DNA of 64,000 bases from Blasia pusilla (taxonomy: Eukaryota), in contig CM114271.1 of NCBI GenBank assembly GCA_050084515.1, positions 36,952,001 through 37,016,000 on the forward strand. Direction: 5' to 3'. Below, one piece after another: positions 46,026 through 60,699 of this stretch (the first letter of the stretch is position 1; the number at the start of each line of letters is the position of its first letter). The translations under genes were made by a program, and so were the position numbers. The notes beneath the pieces are model-generated. The model searched no databases. It saw only the letters and a list, made by a program, of their open reading frames with translations, and was not told the DNA's origin.

Positions 46026-48349
46026 TCACTTTTTTTAACCCATAACAAACTACAAAATGAATATATGGAAGAAAAAATAGTAACATGTTACTACTTTGTC
46101 TTATTATGATTGCTATCTTGTCTTGTTCTACTTGTGGGGTTACCCATTATGGTACGGATAATACAAACTAGTATGGTGACAAAGTTTTCCTTTTCCTCTT
46201 CATTTAATTACCCTTAAAACATAGGCACAAGTCAACAATAGAAGGATTTTAAGAGGGGTGTTAACATAAGAGGAGGGGATTTTTCTAATCCCATCCTCTT
46301 TTAATTATGTAGATTTCGATTATAGATTTTGATTCTAACAAGAAGGAATTGTAACCAATAAATAACTCTTCCTTCCATAACCGAGCTCTTAATAAGATCG
46401 TTGGAAGTTGACTTACAATAGCACTCATAATTATTGTACGGGTAACAATAGTATGGCACAAAACCATATGATTTAGAAATTTAAAGTTTTTAAAAATTTA
46501 ACAAAATTTGGATGCACTAAAATTAGTAGTGCATCAAAAGGGAAAATAAAATTCTACCTACTTTAAAAGGGTAGTAAATATACAACTACGCCTTCTAGTA
46601 TATGGTTTTTAGGATGGTGAGGTATGTTTTTTGAAGATTTTCCTGAAAGATTGAAGAATTTTTCTTTATCAAATTATTTCACTTATGGACAATATGAATG
46701 AATTATATTATAAAATAATATACTCTTATTTAGATATTTTCATAAATTAATAATTTACTTGTAGTTAAATCTTGAATGTGGTTTAAGGAAAATGGGGATT
46801 ATGAATTTTTTTGGCTCTTTACTTTTAGTAGGAATTGTCAAGAGTAGGAGATAATCATGACTTTAGACAATCCACAAAGTTCACAATCAATAATATAAAC
46901 ACCATAATTTTCAAATGCAATGATCCAAAACTAAGAAATAACCCTAAGGGCTGTTTTGTGAAAATGAGATTTTTTAAATCATGAAAAGATGTATGCCCCC
47001 TTGAGAAATTTTACTCAAATCTTAACAGTTTCAATGCGAGCCTCCACGAGGGACATGATATCCATCTTCTCATCAGAGTTCTCGTTATTTTCCTAACTAT
47101 ATGTATCGAAATCACTCACCCAAAGTTTGCCATGCCAAGAGAAACATTTGATCTCGTAATCTTTCATCTAATTGTGGACACCAATCAAACGATTATTAGA
47201 GCACAGTGTTTGTAATTACATTTAGGATTCAATGACCGAGGTGTCCTCGAAAAGACTTTGGTAAAAGCTAACCTAATTTTAAATCAAAGACACCCCAAAT
47301 TCATGGTCGGGGAATTAAGCCTAAATTTAAGGTTTGAAAGAATAGAATTAGAATGGAATGGTAACTGTGAAAAGTACTAAATTAAATATGTTTGTGAAAT
47401 ACCATTATAATTAAGAAATAGTTGGAATAAGATGTTCTTAAATATGTTGAGAAGAAGAGACTATTTTTTATTGGGAAAGTCATCGGGGACTGCTAGTTTC
47501 TAAAGTGAAGCTGTACATATTTTCCCCTTATTAATTGTTCAACTCATTTGGCAGCTAGTGGTATTGGAACGCAAATGATGGAGTCCTAAAGTATGGACTC
47601 ACGGGCAGAGGAAACGTATGAAGGACTGACGAACAAACCGGAACTAATTCGAAAGTTCGATTTTCTTGTTGCCCAACGAAACAATATTTCTTGTTGCCCC
47701 CCCTCCCCTCATCAGCTGTCTCTCAAACAAACACGTGTTTTGTACAAGAACCCGCACGCCCATAATAATATTGTAGATTACATTCAATAAATAAATGAAA
47801 TCTTCATAAGATTTAAGGAAAAACTTTGCGGCATGCTCTCCCATACAGAAACCAGCCCGGCGCAAAGTTTTATCAGCGCAATTAGTTTTATTCCAGAAAA
47901 CAGCCGAAAATCCAAAACGCTGAAATTGGTAAGACGATTGTTTGCGATCCAAATATAATTCCTTCCTTGAACCTCCGATTTGGTGGAAGGTGATTTATTG
48001 TGAAGGTACCGTAATATCTATGTACATTGTGATGCCGGGACAGTTGAAGGCATGACCGACTGAGGTGGCCGTGACAACATTTTCGCAGGGAGAACACTTC
48101 TGGGAGATGTAGACTAGATCGAGTGAAATACCTAGAAGCATCAAGTGGAAAAACCGGATGCATCTTATCACGGCGAGCCTTGAAGGTGCCTTTGACAGAC
48201 ACTCTCGAGTCTTAGATGAATAAAACTTTTTCCGAATCTACCAACTCCTAATCTACAGCCGCTATCACGGTACAATATCATGTCAGAAAGCACGATGAGA
48301 ACAAAGACTGCCAGCAACTTCCGTTGACAGCTTAGTCAAAGCAGCCACT

Positions 48350-51300
48350 TCAACGAGGGAAGTCGCCTGTCATCTTAATGTGTTGAAGAGTTGGTTGTAG
48401 ACCATGTCGGCCAACAGAAACCAGCCCGGCCCTGAATCCTCCCCCATACACTGGCGATGGGTCATTTGCAATTTGATGCCTAAAAAACTCCCCGAGGCGA
48501 ATCTGATCAACTTGGTTACCCCTCTTAATGTCGGAATTTGAGGAAGAGCCAGAGAAACCTGTTTGAGCTTGCAACCACAAGTGCGCCATTACTTGGCAAA
48601 TACCCTCCTCAACATAATTCGAAAGATGTGAATACCCACCTGTGACAAACAAATGAACTGTGAGTTGCGAGAAAATCTAGGAGTACTTTTTTCTCCGTCT
48701 ATGACTAAAAACTCACATGCTCTGACTCGAGGGTTCATATGTGACACGACTGGTAGTAGGTATCCGCCTACCTGGTTTGGATAGTTTTCCCTTGTTCAGA
48801 ATAGTATCTTATCCAGAGTACAACTGGAGAATCCAAAGAGATGGATCCTTGTACAGGACTCTATATTAGCTACAGCCCAGTAATCTTGTAAATAGTAAGG
48901 AAGATTAAAAGGCATGGATCTGCTTTACCCCGCCTCAAGGATTTAAATGAACAACTACTTAGGACTAAAGATAAGGGATAGTAAATGAAATAGTGCAGTC
49001 TTGAAAGTAAAATGAAAATTATCGCAGGAGACTTTGTCAGATATTCGTTCTTGTATTTGCAGGACCAATCTCCTACTGTCCTTGGCCACCTTAGCAGAAA
49101 ACACTCACCACATAGATACATTATGTAGTCATGGTAACTCAGGGTTCTTGATGACAAAACGTACATACTAAACTGCAAATACCGCCACCACATCAGACTA
49201 GAGTCTCAAGAACCCTACCATGACTATGGCCCTATAGTCCCAACTTTTACAGCTAGACAAAACCAAGTTCAGATTTTACAATATGTAAATTCTTACAAAA
49301 AGTGTGAAAGCTACGTGTATCACCTAGAACAAAGCACCTTCTAGGTCCCTTGCTGGTGGTGCTTCCTCGGTTTCAACTAGAGCAAAATTTGCACATCAAA
49401 GTCCCACAACCTCTTGGGATCCCGGTGGACAATAAATTCTATTCATTCTTTCTCTCCAGTGAGGAACGTGTATTGAGGATCCCAATCAGGTAAGGTGGAT
49501 AGTGTTATAAAGAGCTTCTTGGCTGATACTTGCATCCTCCATACCAGCAGTTTGCACCGTCCGCATTCACTATCTCCTCCCCCATACTACCTTCTCCGCT
49601 TCTACCTCTCTGTGGGTCCCAATCTCTAGCACTATCCAACCAGAGTGAGGGGTCCATGCTCATAAGTTTACGCAAGGCACTAATAACCGAGTACACTCTG
49701 TATCCCACAACAAAAGTCAGACCTTTCTTGTTAGCTTGTGTACTGACCCATGAAACTAAAAACCTACTTGCAGTAAACTTATGAGCATGGTCTTGTTTGG
49801 GAAACTCGCTTACATTCACGTTCCGGATGGGGACAGCCCCCCTTAAATCACAAAAAGAGTAGGATGCAAGCACAATGGAACTCCTCCACTTCTTGTAATG
49901 TGGAGGAACAAAAGCTCTAGTCACTACATGAAATTTACAACAGCGAGCAACCACTTTACCTAAGCTGGTGCCAGCAGCTGAAAATCATTGCACAAGCTAT
50001 GGCACTGGATGGTAAGTGACATCATTTGGGGTTCCCAATCAGGTAAGGTAGACTGTTCATGAAGAGTTTCCTGGTTGACACTTGGAAGCTATGCACCAAC
50101 ACTCTGCCTGGTACCTACGCTGGTGCCAGCGGCACTTTTCATTACATTCACTACTTAGCTGAGAATCATTGCACAAGCTATTGCACTGGATGGTAAGTGA
50201 AATCTTTTGGGGATCCCAATCAGGTAAGGTAGATAGTTCATGAAGAGTTTCCTGGTTGACAACTGGAAGCTATGCACCAACGCTTTGGGCAGTACATACA
50301 CACACTATTTGACGCTCTCCATCTTCTCTCATGGTACTTTTTTCACATCTGCCTCTCTGTGCAGCAATCCCAGTAACTAGGACCTTCTAACCAGGGCACC
50401 GCACCTATTGTCACAAGGCTATGACAAGAACTACTTAATGACCAGTCTCTGTTGAAAAAAAAGTGTTTATCTATAGGACATGGTCCTCATTAGGGGGTTA
50501 GATTTACTCTTATCTTGTCCAATCCCAGAAACTGTGAATTTCATGATTAGACCTTAACTACAAGTTAACCATAAATTATAGTTAACTCTAACAAAATGTT
50601 TCATCTACCATGGAAAACCACGGTCCATCACACTCTTAACAAACCAACTACAGGCATGGCCTCAGACGTGGAGATGCCCAATTTTCTTTGTGCAATAAAA
50701 ATACTCATGTCATAGAGACACATGTCAGCATACTAGAAAGGTGGCATCCAGGAACTCACCATTTCAACTGAAAAAAAAAAATTAAAACGTAGTTGTAGGC
50801 AGCAAGATCTTCACATATTTCAGACATATATCTGGAGGCTCTTTATATTCCTTTGTGGTAAATCGGAATCCCATATTTTTTTCTGGACAGGACTTGCTTC
50901 AATCACGTGTTTTCCTCTGTGCTTTCTTCTGGAGTCTGGACATCAATGAAATGTAATCAACTCTTTGACTCCAAATTTGAGTGTCCATGGTATTCTGATT
51001 CATAACAGGAATTGGAACCATGGACACTAATTGGGTGAAGGTGTTCGGTGGGGAGATGGAAAACACCCTTCACTAAATTCGAATTTATTCCACCAAACCT
51101 CCCTGATGACATGAAAGACCATCACTACCAAAACAAGGCATAACACCCAAGCATCCTCTGTACATGTAGATGTTTTTCATGGAGTTGAGTGTCTGTTATG
51201 GTACCTGCTTGCTTTACAGATGAACATACCATTCTTGGAATCTGTGACCCTTGAATAGACTGGACCACAGGACCTTAGACAGAGACCGAAGTGCAACCAG

Positions 51301-54300
51301 CACATGGTCACTACCGTTAAAATGAGGTAAGAAAGCAGGGTAGGACTGAACTCATACCTTCAAGCCGGAGCCACGCGTGCATCAACTCATGGGCCAGAAT
51401 TGAACCCGTTAGCAGCCTGTAAGACCAATCCATCATGGACGTCAAGAAGAGCATCAGCAAGAACTTCTAATAGACTTTAGTGAACTTGGCGACACTGTGG
51501 CAGCTGGACCAGGAATCCCAGCTGAAACTATTTCCAGAAGAAACCCCAGTGTGCAATGATTTTGGATTGACCTTTTGAGATCCAGACATGACAAAAGACC
51601 CAGGACCATCGTGCCCGACCTACCTTTTGAGTACAAGCTTAAAAATTTTGCGAGTATACATAAGGATATGCCACTGCACTTCTGAATTGAACTGTTTCCC
51701 AATTGCAGAATCAGTCCCTTGACACAAATAATACTATAGATTGGGACAGAACATACTGGAGCTCACATAAACCAATGCCCAATAGTTTGCTCTAGTGGCA
51801 TCATATGAATGAGGTTAACATTTTGTGGCTTGTCCTTTCAGGGCTTCAGGAATGAAAAACTGAACCGTAATTTTGTTTGTCAAAGGACATGTACTACTAA
51901 ATTATACTGATTACTAGTTGCTTGCAGAGCTACAAATAAACCAACTTAAGCTTAACGATAAGATCTTGACTTCGACATAAATCTCATGACAGACTCACCG
52001 AGGAAGACCATACAGAACAAGAATTGCTGTGACTTCACAATGGCGAACTAATTTCTGCGATTCCGTTCTCATCAAAAATGGTTTGGTGCCTTTCGCTTTT
52101 GATGGTTTCCTATAAACCTGCATCATATCATGTAGGAGTTCAGATGAAACAGCATTACCTGTAAACAGATGTCATACAGCTCCGTCAACTACAAAGGCAG
52201 CCTCTCTGCAAGATGACACTTTGATGCTATCACTAACGACTGCACACCAATTCAGGTGCCATTTGCTTTCAAAATTGCAGGGCTAACATTCTTAATTTCT
52301 GAGTGGCGGAATTCCCTAATCTCGGAGGACACGAACAAACTCCGTTCCATCAACACCCAATACATCACAGCCTTATTACAGGCATACAGGTGATACTCAA
52401 GAAAGGTCACCCCAACATTGACACGAAGGTCTTACTGAGGTAATTATTTGCTCTTCTGAAAGGCACAAGCCTCTTGTCTCTGGTGTATGACGATGTCCCT
52501 GCAAAACAGCATTCAAAGAGACACAAAGAGTCATTGCTCCCCTCAACCCAACAGGAGCAACTTAACTCATGTCAACTGTGCAGTCCCTGACCTAGAAAGT
52601 ACAACAACAAATGTCTCTTAGATACATGTCATAAATATTCACAGGACAAGGCTTGACATTTACATCTCTTTCTCCCTCTCGAGCCGCATTTAGAGCTTGT
52701 CTCTCCACAAGAAGCATTGGAATTTCTTGCTCGATATTCATGCCCAAGTGCTTGTAGAACTTCAGTACATTATAATACAGGGGTTGGCACTCCTTAGTGT
52801 CCATGATCACTGAATCCAAACATTCCAAACACAATTTGCGTCCATCCTCCAAGTCTACATAAGTCTCATCCCTAGGCTGAAATCAATGAACAACAACAGA
52901 AACACATGTTAGTATCACTGTCTTCATTGACAAGTCAACAAACCTAACAAAGCTTGCAGGAATTTGGATGATGCTGCAATTCCCAGAAGACAGATAAGGA
53001 AAAAGCTTTCTAAGAGCTTTAGCCATAAAACATCTCACCTGAATACGGTCACAGCTGCCACAGCGTGGAGTACCATCAGTTTCATGTGAAGGACAGTATT
53101 TGAGATGCCAAAATGGATGTGATCTGTACTCTATCAAATTGGCACGATTGGCTGGAATCTGCAACAAGTATAGCCACTATCAGAAAACACTGGGCCACAA
53201 CTAAGACCACCCTTGCATTCGTAGATTGATTTAAAATGTAGATGACTTTGGTCAACGGCCACTTACAAAATTATGACAAACTTCACATTTTGGATGAAAA
53301 AGCTCCTTGTAACATCCTTTATGATAGGGCTCATCTCCTTGCACAGAGAACTGAACAAAGCACCCCAAATTCAATTTATCAGTGATGTTCCATAAGGTTC
53401 TCAATTGCATTTTTTCTTGCAGCTTACATTGTCTGCTAGGATCCAGTTCAAAAAGCCGATTGCATTAAAGGAGGTAAAATATAAGCTTCCCTCAATATCA
53501 ATCAATAAATTTAAATTAGAGTCTATGTATGGAATGCCAGCTTAGGAATCCAAAGAAAGTACTGGACATGATTCAGGTTGTTGAGGCCCAACTTGAATGC
53601 TAGCCATGATGAGCCTGCTCCATTAAATGTGAGACACACTTAGGTGAGGCATATGTCCAACCTCATGATCATCAATTGGTTCATTGCAGGCTGTGCAACG
53701 GAAGCAGCGTGGATGCCACTGAGCTCCCATGCAGCTTAGAAACCGTCCACTACCCAAAGGGTTGTTACACCCTGCACAAACCGGTCCTACCCTGTCCAAC
53801 ATCCCACAGAACCAAAGCAACAGGAAAAATCATTCACAATTCCAGTCATACATCATATTAATTCTTTTACAGCCAGACCAAATTTCTTGATGCAATTAGG
53901 GAGAAAAGGGTTAATGAAAGATACCACCACCCTTTGCATGAAAAAAGTCAAAGGCTCCAAAGCATAACATAATCAGCACCAGTGACCTTGAACAATGTTT
54001 CACCTTCTCGGTGGCGAAGAAGAAGAAGACCCTCGCAAAAATGGTGGGAAAACCCGCCAGTCCAGAGCTTCACGAGGTCTGTTATCGAGATCCAAACTAG
54101 CTTGCAAAGCTCTTGCCAACTCCTCATCTGATTGTGTGTTGGAACTCGACTCTCCTATGGAGAAAAAAAATTCAAAATCTCACTGAGATAAAAAGTCGAC
54201 TTCACAGACAATTCTTTAGATCTAGCAAGAGTTCTCAAATTCACAATGGAGATGAAACACTAAGCCTACTTTTCATGCATAAACCAAAGAGAATATAACT

Positions 54301-55798
54301 TGCAATCCCAAATCCAAGAGATCACTGGTAATTCTGTCTTTAACCCCTAAAGGCCTGCAAAGCGTGTGAAGATTTTGGAGGATAACTTTGTCATCTCCCA
54401 AATAACCGGAATTTTCTGTTCTCATATCAAAATCCATTTACCTGAACTAGAAGTTCAGCAAAGGTTGGAGGCTTAGGAAAGGATCTGAAGGTGACTCACT
54501 GTAAAATCTACATCCTAATCTCGTTATGTCAGATCTGGGTGTTCAGAGAAATGAGCCTATGGAGACTACAGTTGTGGATGACTTCCAAAATTGGTGGGTA
54601 GATAGTTGACAGCCTGAGAACCCACAGCAAAGAAAGTTTGGGAGAAAGTGACAGTGGCCGAATGGGAAGACTCAAACGTGGCTTATATTTCAAAAGAGTC
54701 AGGAAGTGACACTTGGCCCCTCTAAACTTTCAACGGCGGGGGTTTCTATCCCCAATTTTATCGTAAAAAGTACTGTAAAACTGACCCTCAGGTTCCACTG
54801 CAAAATGTGAAGTCACTTATTCATTCCAACCGTCGGATCTTCCATGAAAATTCAGGACTCCTCCCGTCTTCATTTAAGCTCCAAAAGGGCCTGGGCTTTT
54901 AGGGGTTAAAGCAACTATATATCCGTGACTTTTCAGTATGGCCTCACGTTGATTGCATGCGGCTCCAAGGTCACCATCTACACTACTGCCACGAGACCTG
55001 TAGTTGAACATTGCATTGCCTGGTACACTCTCATAAGTCGTCCAAATCGTGGCACCTACACCCGGCCAACAACTCTAGAGGATGGGCACACTGTTCCCTA
55101 CCAGAATTTGACGGCATTGTGAGTGAGTGACCTTTCAGTGGCTAGTGAATGGAGTCAACATACCAGTACTTGAACAGTATAATTAACTCTGGCATAAACC
55201 AGAAGATGTCTTAATCGTTTCGTCAGAGGCACGACAACTTAGATGAGACTGAAGTAGTTATTCTTTCAGAGATCACTCCGACTGGGTAGAAACATTGATC
55301 CCAATTTGAAATACCTGTCCTTCCATGTTCTTCGTCACTCAGAGAAAGAGCAATGGCTCTGTCTAGCTCTTCGTTTGATGTCGATCCTCCATAACTCCCG
55401 TCACGCTTCCTGGAATCCTGGACACTCGCAACAAGCTCGCGTAAGCACAGCATCTACCCAGAAGCCAAGTTGACATTCCAGGTACTATTCCTGAGCACCT
55501 ACAGAGCATCATAAAACCGCTCCTTAGATCTGTGAAAGAGAAATGAGCTGAACAGTAGTCATCGCCCTCATGTGCGGGCCCTGTGCGTGATCTCGTGCGG
55601 GAAAACCTCAAATTTCTATTGGTTCTCATACACTCTGAGTATTTATAAGTAGAGAAGAGGGTGTGACAAGCTAGAAAATACGGGATGGTAACTACTCACT
55701 CCGAACAAATTAGGCAAGCGATACGGATTGTCTTCAGCGCCACCATCGTATCTTCTATCGTCATTTGAAGTCCCAAAGATATTTTTTAACCATTTCAT
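48350..55798 (-). CDS. DA1: DA1/DA1-related (DAR) ubiquitin-activated peptidase: 2 UIMs, LIM, LIM-like and zinc peptidase domains; 11 exons, about 476 aa
   Basis: Phase-consistent GT-AG exons: 55798-55700, 55417-55315, 54154-54004, 53791-53662, 53350-53267, 53158-53039, 52876-52664, 52498-52436, 52117-51999, 51416-51358, 48639-48350. Motifs: MKWLKNIF; UIMs EELDRAIALSL and [91 protein letters not shown] (HExxH); VEEGICQV. Confidence 0.95.
49477..50400. repeat. three degenerate direct repeats in DA1 intron 10
   Basis: 49976-50100 and 50157-50281 are close copies (offset 181). 'GGATCCCAATCAGGTAAGGT..' also occurs at 49477. Confidence 0.75.
54344..54905. mobile_element. piggyBac-like non-autonomous TIR element (562 bp) in DA1 intron 2
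   Basis: TTAA|CCCCTAAAGGCC ... GGCTTTTAGGGG|TTAA. TIRs match at 11/12, and TTAA is duplicated at 54340-54343 and 54906-54909. Confidence 0.55.
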
Positions 55799-57351
55799 CT
55801 TGGACATCACGTTCAGCGTTCTTCAACCTTGCAACGTCTGCACGCGCAAACCAACAAATCTCGTAAGAACTGGCTGATTTCCATTTGCATGCAGAGTGAA
55901 TGAAAAAATGCGTGCAGAAGAAGTGGGCCGTCCATCTTCGCCGAGACAAATCCGGGCGGCCAAAACAAAATGTCATGGTCATGGATCAAACAGCTGCTGA
56001 TGAACAATTTTGGGGAAAAACCCGAACAGATCACAAAGGAACTGTCCAGTGTCAAGAGGAGTCAGCTAAGCTTGCTTTCCATCGAGTACGAGAGATTGCA
56101 TCGTAAGACGTGGAATACGATCTACCACTGGCAAGCTTGGCCTGAAGATGACCGTTCCGTGCGGCATGACAAGGGAATCCGAAGTAGAATTAACGAACGG
56201 TGGAATGCTCGGGCTCGACTTCACGGATTTGTTCATTAGTAACTTTTCATTGAAAGGCTGATTACTCGAAGCAAGAACTCCAACAAACTTCCAGTCCTTT
56301 CTTCGTGGTATGCCCAATTAATGCGGATGCGACTAAAACACGGCGCCAATCCAGCTCGCCGTTCTTCCATTGACCTATTCTTTCTACGAATCCGCTCGAG
56401 TCAAATACCTTCCCTCCAGTCCGAGTCGCATACGTATGATTCATTCGGCAAACAAATCAGACTGCTGTACTCAAATAGAAACCTACGTATCAGCCATCCC
56501 AGAAGTCCGGTTTGCGAAAGACTCACGTCGTAAATCGGCAGCGATCGACTGTTGTTCATAAAAAGCCCTGCGATCGGCCCCGCCTCGCGGAATTCGCACA
56601 CGATCTATCTCTTCAAGCCCCAATAGAAACAATTGCCGAAGGGAGGCTTATAAAGAGGTCCGAAATTTACAGCAAAGTCAATTCGCACGGGCTCGGTATC
56701 TAAAAATTTTTGAATCTCAACCCACAGAGGTAGATGGAAAGACGAGACAACGTTAAAAGGGAATCCAGTGCCTCCAAGAAAACCTTTCAGGCAAACCACC
56801 CTTACACATCGCCTCCGACTCCCTCCCTCCTAACAAGGAAACAGTGCGATGGCGCGAGGCTAGCGCGTCGACAGAGTCGTAGTCGCCTATAGCTCCCCCC
56901 GGATAAGTGACGTGCGTCTCACAGCAGCTTGAGCCGCTCGCGTTCAGCTACAACATCGCCATGCGCAGAAGAACGCAGCGCCCGCGGAACAAGTCAGTCT
57001 CGAAGCAGAGAGCGCAATGGAGATTCTGCCACAGTTTTTTCGCAGTTACTTCATTTTCATAACACTCCTCTCTCCCTCTCATAATTCCTCGTCGCTTCTC
57101 GGGCCTCGGAATAGTCTTCCGGTCACGTGCACCGCTGCGAACAGAAAACGGCATATGGCGGGCCCCGCCGTGGCCTCCTGCCGGGTATACCCTACCGGCC
57201 CATCGGCGATCTGGCTCTGCCTGCGTCCGGGAACGAACGGCCCTCTGGCGTAATAATAGTACAGGCGCCCGCGACTGCAACCAGACGACAGTAGCGTACT
57301 TCCTCCTCGCCTGAAAGTATCTTCACGGTCGGCTATGCGCTTCATTCCGCT

Positions 57352-57410
57352 CAAGAAAGAAAGAAAGAAAGAAAAGAAAAGGAGAAAGAAAAGACAGAGA
57401 GAGAGAGAGC
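57352..57410. repeat. GA/GAAA microsatellite-like tract, probably near the DA1 transcription start
   Basis: (GAAA)n and (GA)n; CT-rich on the DA1 strand, at the edge of a GC-rich block upstream of the CDS. Confidence 0.6.
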
Positions 57411-59757
57411 TACAGTAACTTCCGTCATTATATCTCTTACAGTCGTCGTGAACAAGATGTTATCTGTACAGAGGGAATCTCTCGGAAATTTCGCGGGAAT
57501 CAACTTCGAATCTCTCACGCTCGTGTTGTATGTATGTATGTATGCCTGCACTCCCTTGTCGGATGCTTGACATGTGTAAGGGGAAAAAGGAAAAGAATTT
57601 GCAGCGATTTGCAAGAAAATATTCAATAAATAGAACATCAGAGGAACTTGGTCATGATGGTATATGAGTATCTTATTAGATAAGGAAAAAGATTAAAAAT
57701 CGTGCCATGGACAGTATTAAATGTCTTCCTAACTTCAGGTAATATTGTGATTTATTTGTATTGTGATTTGTTTAGTTCCACGTATTTTAATATTCACAGC
57801 ATTTCTTTTAGAAAGCCGAAGAGATGAGCCTCTTATATATAAAAAAATGAATTCTTTGATATTTTCTTGTTGCTCTACCCATAGGATAGAGCAACAAGAA
57901 AATATTTATGTAGCCAAGGCAAAAGAAGATATTAGAACCAAATAACTACATAAATAAAGTAACATTTGTTTAAATGTTATCTTTTCATGCTCTATATTAC
58001 ATAACTCATGTTTTGGTATGTATGAATGGAGCGTTTAATAATTGTATGAATATCATACTTGATATAAAAGGATTCTTCATGAGCTTGATAAAAGAAATTT
58101 TTCCCATGTTAAGACGTTAAGGAGATTTAATGTACCACATGCTTCCGCAAATAATAGTATGATGATTGCTTAATTCATGAGGAAAGAAAATTCTACAAGA
58201 AATGAAGCCTCTTGGTGAAATGATGAGGCATCTCTCTCCTTTTATAATTCTGGTTTTAGTTATGATGAGGCATCTCTTTCCTTTTACAATTCTAGTTTTA
58301 GTTATGATTTTATGTAATTCCTAAACAAATTCATACTTTTAGAATTTAAAAATGCATACTTGGTAAAAATGGAGAGATATAAAAACTTAACATATATGAA
58401 TAGGGCGTCACTAGATCACAAAGGCATTTTTACTTCTCTCTATTATTGAGAAAGGAGAAGCGGAAATTTTTTTACGTAAAATCTTAGAGATTATGTATCT
58501 TTCCAAGATACTTGTCATGTCCACCCAATGCCAAAATAAGAGAATCCTTTCATTTAGAAGAAAACATGAGGAAACTTTTTTCTTTTTTTAAACATTCTTT
58601 TTCATTCAAAATTTCACCTAATATTTCACCATTCATTTGGAAACTCATGCATCCCGCCTCCTAGTCTTGAGGAAAAAAACTCCCATCCCTTCCCTTGCTC
58701 ACTTTTTTTAATGTATGTATCCCCCATTCCCCACCTTTTTATTTGGGAAATCTAAAATTTCTACCTTATTCTTTCTCTCTGCTCTTTTCCTTTCAAATTA
58801 AATTTCACTTGTTTACTAATTTATCTTATAATATCTTGTCCCCCTTGTTATAATAATATAGACTAGTTAATATCCCCATGAGATACATGCTTTTGAAAAA
58901 AACTTCCCAACATTCTTTCTTTAAATTTCCTTCCTCTTTTAACTTATCCTTTTCCACCCCTTCATTCACGTATCCCTCATCCCCACCTTTTTTTTTGAAA
59001 TTTTTTTTAAATATCCAAATTTTTACACTCATAACACCATCTAAAAATAAAAAAATCCTTCTAAACCTTCAAGGCTTATTATTTTTTCTTATAATTTTGC
59101 ATGCGCTCCCGTAAAATCCTAGCCCCTTCACTTTCCTTATTTCAAGAGAATAAATTTGCCTCCTTTGTCACGTCTATTATGATAGATCGACGAGATCTAG
59201 TACAGAGCCTTTGGAGATACTTAAGGACAACCTCATGCGATCGAGGATGACATGCTTAGGGCACGGATAACTTGAGAAAGCATGTTTCCCCTTCATTTTG
59301 GCTCATTTGGAGCAATGTCGAGGAACTTACTATTACGTGTAAGTTGTCATTTTTTTATTGACTTTCCACTTTGGAAAGTGGATTTTGACCCGATACAGCA
59401 GGTCAAGAGCCAAGGAGATGACTTGCGAGCATAGATTACCGTGCATAAGTACTTATTGTCTCGATGTTTGGATGTCATGAGTTATCATGGGATTGTGTGT
59501 GTTTGTGTGTGTGTACGATGACAATGATGTAGGTTGTGTAGCGATGTGTATGCCCATAGAACTTCTTCAATCTCCTTCTTAACCAGTAAAATTTTTTTGT
59601 AAATCTTTAGCCTCATCCCATTTCCATTTTTGGAAATTAAAACTCCTTACTTTACACTTCTCTAATCCCCGATCACCCTATTTTTAAACAAGGAAAGTCA
59701 CATCCTCTTCTTTCTTAAATCTCCTTTTAATATTTTATATTTTTTAGCTAATTATTT

Positions 59758-59782
59758 TATATATATATATATATATATATAT
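59758..59782. repeat. (TA)n microsatellite
   Basis: About 12 TA units. Confidence 0.9.
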
Positions 59783-60699
59783 TTGACCACACACATATAA
59801 TTTTTGTTACTTTATATGCGAAGATTTTTTCTAAGATGTGGGTCTCATGTCATATACCAAGTACCTTGAACACTAGTCTTATTTGTTGAAAAAGCTCTTG
59901 TTTTACCATATCCGCTCTTGCTATTAATCTACATGTATCCGAACACATTCATATTAGCTAAGATCTGGATCAACCAGTCTTTCATCTCTTGAATCTTCAA
60001 TCACCCTTCAAGCTCAATAGTTTTAAATTGGGTTAGATATCAATCTAAACCCTCACTCCCTAATACATGCACGTCATTCAAGACTTAGGAAAAAATTCCT
60101 TTATAGTCTAAGGACTTGAAAAATGCTTGCACACATAGAGATCCCAATTATCGAATGAACTTTAAATGAGTCTTAGATTCAAACTCAATATCTAAGCCTC
60201 CCGATCAAGGCTAAGATTGGGATCTAAAACTAGACTATCTAGACTTGGCTTGGTATCAAAACACCAATATCAACCTCTCAATCCATCCATCTCATATATT
60301 TGGTTCAACCCCCTTGATTCTCAAGATATGTTTTAGCTCCAAAATCCTGTGAAGAGCCTCCCCCTCCTTTATCCAAAGAACCCCTATTGGGTCGCTCCTT
60401 ATGGCCCTTAACCCATACTATCATTCTAATATTTTTTGGGCGTATTTCATGACTTTTGCTTTTACATTTATCCATATCTTTAGTATTTTAGTACTAGATC
60501 CTAATTGGTTTTCCCAAGCACATTATTCATCCTAAATGCATATTCGGAGATGAAGGTGTTCAAATATGCATTTAGGATTGAAGAAGCGGTGAAGGTTTGA
60601 TGGCGTAATGTGACCTTAATATGTGTCAACTTGGGGGGGAGAATTTTCTAAGACATTTTGATCATAACTTCCAGATCATCCATCCCAATGTTATTCCTC

